Source: Longimicrobiales bacterium
Lineage (GTDB): Bacteria > Gemmatimonadota > Gemmatimonadetes > Longimicrobiales > Gaopeijiaceae
NCBI GenBank assembly: GCA_965202805.1
Contig: OZ241869.1
Location: 3,872,001-3,936,000 of the forward strand
Length of the DNA stretch: 64,000 nucleotides
Direction of reading: 5' to 3'
Position 1 is the stretch's first letter. Each line of letters begins with the position of its first letter. Below the pieces are notes generated by a model that was not told the origin of the DNA, ran no database searches, and saw nothing but the letters and a program-made list of their open reading frames with translations. The translations under genes and the position numbers were made by a program. Positions 42,422 to 50,857 of the stretch are shown here, in pieces.

Positions 42422-43840
42422 ATGATGACGCAAACGAACCGCGCCGCCCGCCGTTTCGCTCCCCGGGCGTTCGGCCGGGGCAGGCATCCGGCCCTCGTGG
42501 CCCTTCCGCTCGTCCTCGGGCTTGCCTGGGGCACACCGGCCGCCGCACAGAACTCCGGCGATGGCGCGGGCGACCGGGCGACGGCCGCTTCTCCACTGGC
42601 CGGCGATGACGCCCCCACCTGGTCGCGCGACGTCGCGCCCATCATCCAGCGCTCCTGCCAGCAGTGCCACCGGCCGGAAGGCATAGGCCCCATGCCGCTC
42701 CTCACCTACGCGCAGACGGTGCCCTTCGCGCCGCTCATCCGCTACCGCGTACAGCAGCGCATCATGCCGCCCTGGCATCTGGACAGGACGGTGGGCATCC
42801 AGGAGTACGCGAACGACATTTCGCTCAGCGACGACGAGATCGCCACCATCGTGCAATGGGCCGACGCAGGCGCGCCGGAGGGCGACCCGGTCGACATGCC
42901 GCCGCCCATCGACTTCCCGCCCGCGTACGAGTGGGAACTCGAGGCCGAGCTCGGTCCGCCCGACTTCGTGGTGCGTTCGAAGCCCTTCACGGTCGTGGCC
43001 AACGGTCAGGACCAGTGGTGGGACCACTCGGTGGAGTTCGAGGGGCTCGACGAGCGCCGCTGGATCAGGGCGGCCGAGTTCAAGCCCTCGTATCCGCTCG
43101 GCGTGAAGGTGGTGCACCACGGGCACGTGCGCTTCGTGCAGGACGGCTATCGGATGGAACTGGTCGGCATGGGCGTCGGCAAGCGCTGGGACAGGCTGCC
43201 CGACGGCGTGGGCAAGCTCCTGCTCCCCGGCCCGGCCCGGATTTCGTGGGGGCTCCACTATTTCCCGATCGGCACCCCGGTGCCGGACGACGTGGTGGAG
43301 GCCGGCGTCTGGCTCTATCCACCGGGCTACGAGCCCGAGCTGTCGTCCTCCGGCGAACAGCGGCACCTCATCGACGGCACCTTCAGGACGGGCCCGCGCG
43401 CCCGCGACCTGATCATTCCGCCGCACGGCTTCCTCACCCTGGAGCACGCCTACGTGCTCGAGCAGCCTGCGCTCCTCCAGAGCTTCCGGCCCCACATGCA
43501 CATGCGCGGAACGGCCATGTCCATGGAAGCCATCTATCCCGATGGCCGCCGCGAGATGCTCAGCCGCGTGAACCAGTACAACCACAACTGGCAGATCGCC
43601 TACATCTACAAAGACGATGTACAGCCGCTGCTGCCGAAGGGCACCGTGCTCCTCTTCCACTCGCAGTTCGACAACTCCGCCAACAACCCGATCAACCCGG
43701 ATCCGGACCAGTGGGTGCTGTTCGGTGCGCGCGGGGTGGACGAGATGTCGCACGCCTGGGTGGGGGTCACGTACCTGACCGAGGAGGACTATCAGCGGCT
43801 GCTGCGCGAACGGACCCGGCTGGCGTCCGATGATCCGTGA
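42422..43840 (+). CDS. Cytochrome c-fused copper type II (PHM/DBH-like) monooxygenase
   Basis: Signal peptide, CQQCH plus MPPW; VVHH, LHY, PHMH, DEM copper-ligand motifs. Confidence 0.85.
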   Translation: MMTQTNRAARRFAPRAFGRGRHPALVALPLVLGLAWGTPAAAQNSGDGAGDRATAASPLAGDDAPTWSRDVAPIIQRSCQQCHRPEGIGPMPLLTYAQTVPFAPLIRYRVQQRIMPPWHLDRTVGIQEYANDISLSDDEIATIVQWADAGAPEGDPVDMPPPIDFPPAYEWELEAELGPPDFVVRSKPFTVVANGQDQWWDHSVEFEGLDERRWIRAAEFKPSYPLGVKVVHHGHVRFVQDGYRMELVGMGVGKRWDRLPDGVGKLLLPGPARISWGLHYFPIGTPVPDDVVEAGVWLYPPGYEPELSSSGEQRHLIDGTFRTGPRARDLIIPPHGFLTLEHAYVLEQPALLQSFRPHMHMRGTAMSMEAIYPDGRREMLSRVNQYNHNWQIAYIYKDDVQPLLPKGTVLLFHSQFDNSANNPINPDPDQWVLFGARGVDEMSHAWVGVTYLTEEDYQRLLRERTRLASDDP

Positions 43841-43913
43841 CGGCGGCGCTGACTGCATCGCTGCGCGGATCCACCCTCGGCAACCAAACCCGATGACCCA
43901 GCGAGGAGGCGGG

Positions 43914-44852
43914 ATGACACCCAGGCCCGAAACAAGTCGCCGCGACTTCCTCACTCGCCTCGCCGGCCTCGGCGCAGTGCTCTCCCTCCCGCGCGGCCTG
44001 CTCGAAGGGAGAGGGTGGATCCAGGAAGCCTTCCCCACCCGCGAAATCCCCGGCACCGGCGAGCGCCTGCCCATCGTCGGCTTCGGCTCCTCGAAACCGG
44101 TGCTCGAGATCCCCACCGAGGGGACCGATCCGCTGGAGGCGGTGCTCGGCACCCTCCTCGACCAGGGCGGCCGGGTGGTCGACACCTCGCCCCGAACCGT
44201 GGAGATCGACCGCGAGTTCGGCCAGGTTCTCACCCGGCCCCGGTTCCGGGACAGCCTCTTCCTCGCCGCCAAGATCAACACCGAGGGGGAGGAGGCCGGC
44301 GTCGCCCAGATGCGGCAGTCGCAGCGGCTCTTCGGGCGCCCGACGCTGGACCTGCTGCAGGTCGAGAGCCTGCGCGACCTCGACGTCCACTGGCCCAACG
44401 TGCGCGCCTGGAAGGACAGCGGCGAGGCGCGCTACATCGGCGTGACGGTCTCGGCGTACCGCAACTTCGAGCGGCTGGAGGCTTTCATGCGCAGCGAGCC
44501 GTTCGACTTCGTGCACGTGAACTACTCGGTCATGGAGCCGCTCGCGGAGGAGAGGATACTGCCGCTGGCACAGGATCTGGGGCTGGCCGTGCTCACCAAC
44601 CGCCCCTTCATGAACGGCAGCTACTTCGGGCGGGTCGCCCCCCATACACTGCCGGAATGGGCGGCGGAGTTCGACTGCGAGAGCTGGGCCCAGTTCTCGC
44701 TCAAGTACGTGCTGTCGCACCCGGCGGTGACCTGCGCGCTCACCGAGACCTCGAACCCGGTGCACCTGGTGGAGAACATGCACTCGGCGCTCGGACGCTT
44801 CCCGGACGAGGCGACCAGGCGCCGCATGCGGGAGCTGGTGAGTACGTTCTGA
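43914..44852 (+). CDS. Aldo/keto reductase with Tat signal
   Basis: SRRDFL Tat motif; IPGTGE.LP.VGFG, DTS, AK, YIGVT, NYS, SWAQF.LKY, TSNP.H..EN. Confidence 0.88.
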   Translation: MTPRPETSRRDFLTRLAGLGAVLSLPRGLLEGRGWIQEAFPTREIPGTGERLPIVGFGSSKPVLEIPTEGTDPLEAVLGTLLDQGGRVVDTSPRTVEIDREFGQVLTRPRFRDSLFLAAKINTEGEEAGVAQMRQSQRLFGRPTLDLLQVESLRDLDVHWPNVRAWKDSGEARYIGVTVSAYRNFERLEAFMRSEPFDFVHVNYSVMEPLAEERILPLAQDLGLAVLTNRPFMNGSYFGRVAPHTLPEWAAEFDCESWAQFSLKYVLSHPAVTCALTETSNPVHLVENMHSALGRFPDEATRRRMRELVSTF

Positions 44853-44937
44853 GGTCGCCCGCCTGCTCCGGTGCCGGACTGGCGCCGCCGGCCATCGTGC
44901 GGCCGACGCCCGATCGGCGGACCGGGACTATTGCCGG

Positions 44938-45492
44938 CTATCGTGCGACCGCGAAGCCCAGCACCTCGAAGCGCGCCCCGAAGAGCAGCGGGCCCGACCC
45001 CAGGAACGCCCGCGCCGGATACTCCTGGGTGAAGAAGGTGCGGTAGACCTCGTTGAAGGCGTCGTAGTCCGCGACATCCGAGGCGTACACCTGCACCGAC
45101 ACCAGGTCGTCCATGGTGAGCCCTGCGGCCTCCAGCGTGTTCTGCACGTTGGTGAGGACGTTGCGGGCCTCCTCCTGGGCGGTCTCGGGCACGGTCTGGT
45201 CAGGTCCGAGCCCCAGCGTCCCCGAGACGTGGAAGGTGTTGCCCACCATCACGCCGGCGCTGAAGGGCGGCACGTCCGGATCGGCCGCCGAGCGCGGGTT
45301 GACGTAGCTCCGCTCCCGCAGCAGCCCGTCGGCGTTCAAGTCCAGCGACACGTCGCCGGCGCAGGCGGGAAGCGTGGCAAGGACGATGAAAACGAAGGAT
45401 GCGCGGAAAACGGAGGATGGGCGCAAAACGGGGCATGCGCGGAAACGGCGGAATGCGCGAACGCTCATGGTCATTGTCCTCTGGAATCTCAT
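44938..45492 (-). CDS. RidA/YjgF family protein with lipoprotein-like N-terminus
   Basis: PFS.G, VSG, FNEVY..FF..EYPARAF.G, ARFE; LPAC lipobox; start 45492, 45474 or 45468. Confidence 0.88.
   Translation of the reverse strand: MRFQRTMTMSVRAFRRFRACPVLRPSSVFRASFVFIVLATLPACAGDVSLDLNADGLLRERSYVNPRSAADPDVPPFSAGVMVGNTFHVSGTLGLGPDQTVPETAQEEARNVLTNVQNTLEAAGLTMDDLVSVQVYASDVADYDAFNEVYRTFFTQEYPARAFLGSGPLLFGARFEVLGFAVAR
45381..45463. repeat. Degenerate 18-bp tandem repeat in the RidA signal-peptide coding region
   Basis: ATGCGCGGAAAACGGAGG / ATGGGCGCAAAACGGGGC / ATGCGCGGAAACGGCGGA at 45399, 45417, 45435. Confidence 0.7.
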
Positions 45493-45509
45493 GGTCATTG
45501 TCCTCTGGA
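45464..45509. repeat. 22-bp direct repeat (24-bp period) duplicating the DUF1028-RidA stop/start junction
   Basis: CTCATGGTCATTGTCCTCTGGA at 45464 and 45488. Confidence 0.9.
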
Positions 45510-46577
45510 GTCTCCTCCGATGAGTCGCTGGAACTCCGCGTTGCCGCGGATGTTGTCGAAATCGGCCTGCGATGCGGCCAGTCCGCGCCAGCGCGCGTCA
45601 ATGGCGACGGCTTCTTCGAGCGTGGCGACCGCGCCCGCGGCATCGCCCGCGCGGGCGTACAGCCGCGCCAGCCCGTAGATGAGCTGATCCTCCCCGGGCA
45701 CGATCGCGATGGCTTCCTGCTGCGCCACGATGGCTTCGTCAAACCGGCCCTCGGCGGCCAACTCACGCGCGTCCCGCGAGTGGATGCGCGAAACCGACAT
45801 GTTGACCAGCCGGCGCAGCTCCCTGAAGGGCTCGGCGTGGTCGTCCACGCGCACGTCCACCCAGCGGTCGGTGGTGCGGCCCGAGTCGCCGATGGGCTTC
45901 ACCACCAGCACCCCGCCGGCCTGCTTGCCGCGTGCGTCGCCCCCGGCGGCTTCGCCGGCATCGAGGGCGTCCATCAGCCGAAGCGCGAGCGGCCCGGTGG
46001 CCGACTCGAACGCCTCCGCCATGGCCTGCACGACCGCCTCCCCGGCGAGGATGTTGCCCTGCGCCGAGAAGTTCTCGCCCTCGATGTGCCCCGCCCAGGC
46101 GCTGGTGCCGGATCCGGTGTAGGCCCGCACCCGGCCCCGCGCGTCGATCACGGCCAGCTGGCGGCGGTCGCGCCCGGGGTCCGCCCCGGTCAGGTGTGCC
46201 ACCACCTCGTCCGGCGAGAGGCCCAGTTCCAGCAGCTCCAGCCCGCGCGGCCCGTAGGTCTGGTTGGCCGCCGCCTGGGTCGCGATCGCCCCGACTCCCG
46301 CCTTGGCGTACGACACGATCGCGCCTGCGCGGAACGCCCGCGACTGCACCGCGATCCCCAGCTCATCGGTGGCGGGGTCGCGCGCCACGATCGAGAAGGT
46401 GGCGACGATTTCCTCTCCGAACTCATTGAAGATGGGCCCCTGAACGTCGGCGATCGAGCCCGCAGGGGCGACCGTGCCTGGAGTCTGCGCGTCGAGCTGT
46501 TGCGCGGGCGCGAGGGTGATCCCGAGGGCCAACACGGGAAAAAAGGTGGCCACTGCAATCGATGTTCGGCGAGTCAT
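45495..46577 (-). CDS. DUF1028 (Ntn-hydrolase-like) protein with C-terminal TPR, exported
   Basis: ATFSIVARDP, GAIATQA, RQL, AQGNIL, GGD.RG.Q, DVRVDDH.EP..EL. Confidence 0.9.
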   Translation of the reverse strand: MTRRTSIAVATFFPVLALGITLAPAQQLDAQTPGTVAPAGSIADVQGPIFNEFGEEIVATFSIVARDPATDELGIAVQSRAFRAGAIVSYAKAGVGAIATQAAANQTYGPRGLELLELGLSPDEVVAHLTGADPGRDRRQLAVIDARGRVRAYTGSGTSAWAGHIEGENFSAQGNILAGEAVVQAMAEAFESATGPLALRLMDALDAGEAAGGDARGKQAGGVLVVKPIGDSGRTTDRWVDVRVDDHAEPFRELRRLVNMSVSRIHSRDARELAAEGRFDEAIVAQQEAIAIVPGEDQLIYGLARLYARAGDAAGAVATLEEAVAIDARWRGLAASQADFDNIRGNAEFQRLIGGDSRGQ

Positions 46578-46753
46578 GGCTTGCGCTCCGACAGATGGTT
46601 CCAGCCCGGGCAGGACATGATAGGCATCCCATTCAGCGCGAACAAATCCAGGTGCCGCCAGACCCTCGGGCGCGGGCTCTGACGCCGGATCGCGGCGAGT
46701 CGGAGAGCAGTGGAGATCGCGACGTGGAGGGACAGCGAAACCGTAGCCGACTC

Positions 46754-48019
46754 TCATCCCGCATCCGGAAACAGTCCTTCGTAGAGAAACGCGCCACGGA
46801 TACGGTCGCAGTCTCGCTCGCTCACGCGGGCTCGACGCATGGTCTCGCGCCAGGAGCCGCGAATCGTCTCCGTGACGCGATTGAAGATGGCCCGGGCTTC
46901 GTCGCGCCCCAGCAGGAAGCGCCCGGCGGCTGCCAGCAGGTTGGCCCGGTTGGCGTGCCGCCCGTGGGGACCGCAGACCATGGCCAGGTCACGCCGCTCG
47001 ACGGCAACCACCGGCATCGGCTCCAGGTCGTAGGCCGGGCTCAGGCGCCAGCTGCGGCCCCGCGCCAGCAGGGCATGGTTGCGCGGGTGGTCGTCCAGGT
47101 TGGAGACCGCGGCGTTGAAGCACATGCGGCCGAACAGCTCGCGCAGGTCTTCGCGGGGAGATGCGCTTGCCCGCCTGACCTCATCGGCGAGCGAGAGGTA
47201 GGACCATCGCCTGCGGTCGGTGGGTGAGTCATCGGCGCGCAGGAGGGTGAGCGCGCTCGCCATGCGGTGGCGCACGTAGCCGTCGCCCGTCCACTCGCGG
47301 TCGAAACGGCGCACCAGCAACGCATCGCGGTCACCGATGCGTTCGACCCGGCTCCGGGCCGCTTCGAGCCCGCATCGCCGCGCGAGCCGGAGCAGGCCGT
47401 GCTCCACGCGGGGCAGGTTCCAGCGGTCGCTCTCCTGGCGGAACTTCGCGATCCAGAGCGCATCGCCGTCCTCGACCAGGGCCTTGGGCCGGGCGCCGCC
47501 CATCGAGGTGCCTGCGAGAAGAAGTTCGCGGGCGCGGTCGGCAACGGCGCCGGTGACCTCGAACCTGTCCGCGAGCACGGCGTCCGCAGCCGCCTGAAGC
47601 CGGGAGAGGTCGACCACCGAATTGAATCGCCGCCGGGGTCTCGGAGGCTCCAGCTGCCAGCCGAACCCGAGTGCGCCCGCGCGGTCGTCCGGCCCCAGCA
47701 TGAGGTAGTCGAACTCCTCCGGCATCGTGCTGCCGGAGCGCCTCTCGATGAGCAGGCGTCCCCAGTAGTCCGGCATGGCATCGCGGATGACGCCGAAAAA
47801 GCCCCCCATGCGCCCGGTCCGGTACACGCGCTCGGCGAGCCGCAGCTCCACGGGATCGAGTTCGACGGCGTCGGGGCGACCGAGGTAGCTCCGCCCGTAG
47901 ACGAATTCACCCAGCGGAGATCCCGCGCGGGTTGGCGAGACGCGGAATCTGCCCGCGACCGTGAACTCCGTCGCCCCGGGAAGGACGACGAAGACGTAGC
48001 ACGCGCGCTCAGAAGTCAT
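46754..48019 (-). CDS. hipA: HipA-family kinase toxin
   Basis: D.MPD.WG, DRAGALGF, SMGGARPK, IAKF, RFDR, N.DDHPRNH, LSPAYDL. Confidence 0.93.
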   Translation of the reverse strand: MTSERACYVFVVLPGATEFTVAGRFRVSPTRAGSPLGEFVYGRSYLGRPDAVELDPVELRLAERVYRTGRMGGFFGVIRDAMPDYWGRLLIERRSGSTMPEEFDYLMLGPDDRAGALGFGWQLEPPRPRRRFNSVVDLSRLQAAADAVLADRFEVTGAVADRARELLLAGTSMGGARPKALVEDGDALWIAKFRQESDRWNLPRVEHGLLRLARRCGLEAARSRVERIGDRDALLVRRFDREWTGDGYVRHRMASALTLLRADDSPTDRRRWSYLSLADEVRRASASPREDLRELFGRMCFNAAVSNLDDHPRNHALLARGRSWRLSPAYDLEPMPVVAVERRDLAMVCGPHGRHANRANLLAAAGRFLLGRDEARAIFNRVTETIRGSWRETMRRARVSERDCDRIRGAFLYEGLFPDAG

Positions 48020-48350
48020 TGTCGAGGCGCCGGAGGCGGGCGGCGCGGCGTGGCGCCCGCGCGCTCTCCAGCACCCGGCCTTCCTCGTCCCGATCCGGAT
48101 CGGCGAGTTCGTCCGCCTGGTCGAGCAGGCCGAGAGCCCAGAGTGCGCCGAAGTACGCGGCGGCCGAAGTGCCCGGCTTGCCCCTCTCCAGATCCGCGAC
48201 CGTGAACCTTGAGACGCCGATGCGCTCGGCCAGGTCCTGGATCCTCAACTGACGGCGAAGGCGGGCGATGCGGATGTTGCGGCCCAGTCGCCTCAGGGCC
48301 TCCTCGACCGCGGCGGATGGGGACGATGTGGTCCCGCGTCGGACAGGCAT
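48009..48350 (-). CDS. HipB-like XRE HTH antitoxin
   Basis: LGRNIRIARLRR, LAERIGVSRFTV..LERG.PG; overlaps the hipA start. Confidence 0.9.
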   Translation of the reverse strand: MPVRRGTTSSPSAAVEEALRRLGRNIRIARLRRQLRIQDLAERIGVSRFTVADLERGKPGTSAAAYFGALWALGLLDQADELADPDRDEEGRVLESARAPRRAARLRRLDNDF

Positions 48351-48373
48351 GTGGACTGCATCCTGCTCAAAGA

Positions 48374-48399
48374 TCAACAATGTTGAATAAATACAACAT
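48374..48399. promoter_or_regulatory. Overlapping palindromes upstream of hipBA (probable autorepression operator)
   Basis: TCAACA-a-TGTTGA (48374-48386) and ATGTTG-N8-CAACAT (48380-48399) in an AT-rich patch. Confidence 0.55.
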
Positions 48400-48442
48400 C
48401 CATGATCGACGGCAGCCCGTCAAGCGCCATCACACCCTGCAG

Positions 48443-48527
48443 AGAGGCCCGCGACCCATGGTGGCCCGCGGCCTATGGCGGCCCGCTACTCCTGGTGGCC
48501 CGCTACCCTCGGCGGCCCGCTACTCCT
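48443..48527. repeat. 17-bp tandem repeat x5 (consensus GGYGGCCCGCTACYCMT)
   Basis: Units at 48443, 48460, 48477, 48494, 48511; units 3 and 5 identical. Confidence 0.88.
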
Positions 48528-49668
48528 AGTGGTCCAGAACCAGCGGCCTCCCCACCAGCTTGCCCGGGTCCGCGTCCGGCCTGGGGATGTACTTGTCCAT
48601 CCAGCCCCCGTCCCAGCTCGCGATGTAGAGGTTGCCCTCCTGATCGACGTCCATCTGGTGCGGCCGCGACAGGCCGCCGGGGAAGCCGCCCCGGGTGCCC
48701 CCGTAGGCGCCGAGGTAGTACTGGAGTTCGCCGTCCACGTTGTACTTGAGGATGCGGTTCAGTGCCGCCGAGATGACCCAGATGGCGTCGTGCTCGTCCG
48801 CGAACACGCCCACCGGGTCGGTGATGTCGGGCCACTCCTCGATGAACTCGCCGTCCTCGGTGAAGATCTGGATGCGGTTGTTGGTGCGGTCGCCCACGTA
48901 GACGCGGCGGTTGCGGTCCACCGCGAGCCCGTGAATCAGGTCGAACTGCCCCGGCCCGGTCCCCAGCTCGCCCCACTCCATCAGGTACTCGCCCGCGGCG
49001 TTGTACTTGATGATGCGCGAGTGCCAGTAGCCGTCGCCGAGCAGGAAGTCGCCGTTGGGGAGGAAGGCCATCACCGACGGGTCGCCGTACTCGAACGGGT
49101 CCGGGTGCGGGTTGGCGCGCGCCTCCTCCCGCGTGCGGGGATGATCCGGGTCCACCAGCCGCATCACGAGTTCGCTGCCGTCGTTGGAGAACTTCAGCAA
49201 CTGCATGTTGACGCCCCTCCCGCCCCCGCGCTCCACGACCCACACGTGGCGTTCGGGGTCGTACGGGCTGATGTAGACCTGGTGCGGCTTGTTGAAGATC
49301 GAGTCCCACTGCGTCCAGTTCTCGGTGATGTTGCCGTCCCGGTCCACGGCGACCATGTAGTTGGTGCTGCCCTCGCGCTCGTTCCCCTGGGCGTCGCGGT
49401 CCCCCCAGATGCCGACGATGACCCGATCGGGGTTGTCGACCGCCACCCCCGAGACCTGACCCCAGACCCACGGCTCCACATGGTCCGGCGCCGGCTTCCA
49501 CCAGCCCGGGACCGCGTCGTATTCGCCCGTCCGGTCATCGCCTCCCTTCATCACCGGCCCCGACATCCCCGACTCCATCCCGGCGTCCGGGCTCTCGCCG
49601 GCGCAGGCGGGCAGCAGGGCCAGCCCGAAAGCCACGAACAGGGTCAAACCCGTGCGCTCGATCTTCAT
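48526..49668 (-). CDS. NHL-repeat PAL-like lipoprotein (peptidyl-alpha-hydroxyglycine lyase family)
   Basis: LPAC lipobox; KPH, GDGY.HSRI, IHGLAVD, DRTNNRIQ, RPHQ. Confidence 0.88.
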   Translation of the reverse strand: MKIERTGLTLFVAFGLALLPACAGESPDAGMESGMSGPVMKGGDDRTGEYDAVPGWWKPAPDHVEPWVWGQVSGVAVDNPDRVIVGIWGDRDAQGNEREGSTNYMVAVDRDGNITENWTQWDSIFNKPHQVYISPYDPERHVWVVERGGGRGVNMQLLKFSNDGSELVMRLVDPDHPRTREEARANPHPDPFEYGDPSVMAFLPNGDFLLGDGYWHSRIIKYNAAGEYLMEWGELGTGPGQFDLIHGLAVDRNRRVYVGDRTNNRIQIFTEDGEFIEEWPDITDPVGVFADEHDAIWVISAALNRILKYNVDGELQYYLGAYGGTRGGFPGGLSRPHQMDVDQEGNLYIASWDGGWMDKYIPRPDADPGKLVGRPLVLDH

Positions 49669-49699
49669 TGACGTCACCTCTCCGGAAGGGGTCCGACAG

Positions 49700-50671
49700 C
49701 TACTGCCCAGCCATCATCGCCTGGGCAACGAAGTCCACCGGCATGTTCCGGCGACCGGGCGAACCCGGCAGCACCGACCAGCCCCGGCCAGCGGAGAAGA
49801 GGCCGGAGGACCCGACGACATCGTCCCCTTGACGCTGGATGTGGGCGTCACGCGGACGCTGCGTGGGCGACAACAGGGGAGCGAGGGGTCGGTGCACGTA
49901 CGACACCTCCGAGATCCACCTTCGGAAACGGCGTCGTACCAGGGCCGGCTCGCGGGTCGCGGCCGAGAGCGTGCACCCAACCAGGCGTGCACTGTGCCGC
50001 TCAAGGGTGCGGCGGCGCACGCCGGCCCGGCTGGCGATGGCCTCCCATCGAGCCTCCGGACGCTCGCCGAGGGCCCACATGAGCAGAGCCCAGCTGAGGA
50101 GCTGCTTGGGACCGCACCGAAGGGGCATGTACTCCTTCCAGTAACGGCGGAAGGTCTCGGCTGGCAATTCGATGTCCTGCGCGAGATCTCCGACCGATTT
50201 CGCGGGCGGGCCGGATCGCCACTCGTCCGAGAGCCGGCAGATGCGCTCGACCGCCTTCACCATCGACCAGTGGAGCGCGCCGGCCCAGAGCATGCGACGG
50301 CCGAGAAGCCGCAGCGGGTCCTGATGCAGGAGGCTGACCCGGCCCAGCGTCGGCCTGAGGTGGTCGTGCGCCTCCTCCTCCCATACGACCTGGAACCGGT
50401 GGGACTCGGCCGTCCGCAACCGCTGCAGGCGCGCCAGCGACAGCGGCGTAACCACGATGCAGGAAGGCCTGGCGAGACCTTGGGCGAACACCTCTTTCAG
50501 CCAGGTGATATCGGAACGCGAACAGCGTCGCAGTCCGGCGATTCCGATGTCCGTCGCGGCGATGAGCGATCGAAACTCGTCGCGCTCCCGCGTGGAGTAC
50601 AGCTCCGCGTCGGCGAGCCACCCCTCGATCCGGTCGCGGAAATCACGTGTGTCACTGTACAACGCGATCAT
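49700..50671 (-). CDS. Putative regulator: degenerate receiver-like N-terminus plus AraC-like HTH (paralog A)
   Basis: SV.DLA......ETFRRYW....GPK.LL.W..L..A; W.AIA.RAG..RRTLER; clear paralog of 52506-53345. Confidence 0.7.
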   Translation of the reverse strand: MIALYSDTRDFRDRIEGWLADAELYSTRERDEFRSLIAATDIGIAGLRRCSRSDITWLKEVFAQGLARPSCIVVTPLSLARLQRLRTAESHRFQVVWEEEAHDHLRPTLGRVSLLHQDPLRLLGRRMLWAGALHWSMVKAVERICRLSDEWRSGPPAKSVGDLAQDIELPAETFRRYWKEYMPLRCGPKQLLSWALLMWALGERPEARWEAIASRAGVRRRTLERHSARLVGCTLSAATREPALVRRRFRRWISEVSYVHRPLAPLLSPTQRPRDAHIQRQGDDVVGSSGLFSAGRGWSVLPGSPGRRNMPVDFVAQAMMAGQ

Positions 50672-50721
50672 GAGCGCACGAGGGTTCGAGGGCGGGTTGC
50701 GGACCGACGCATCGACAGGTG

Positions 50722-50750
50722 ACGGTATCCCCCGCCGGAAACCATGTCAA
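50722..50750 (-). promoter_or_regulatory. Sigma70-type promoter of paralog A
   Basis: TTGACA-17 bp-TACCGT; palindrome CCGTGC-N8-GCACGG at 50760-50779 just upstream. Confidence 0.6.
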
Positions 50751-50813
50751 CTCGAAACGCCGTGCATAGCAAAGCACGGTTGCTGATGGACTTAGCGAGA
50801 ATGCCGGGGGCAG

Positions 50814-50834
50814 GGGGAGCCCCGGAGGCTCCCC
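50814..50834 (-). terminator. Hairpin downstream of the lipase gene
   Basis: GGGGAGCC-N5-GGCTCCCC; no clear U-tract. Confidence 0.4.
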
Positions 50835-50857
50835 GGCCGGCCGACAACGGCTCGACC

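Noticed and set aside
48443..48527. CRISPR array
   Set aside because: Contiguous 17-bp units with no spacers and no cas genes
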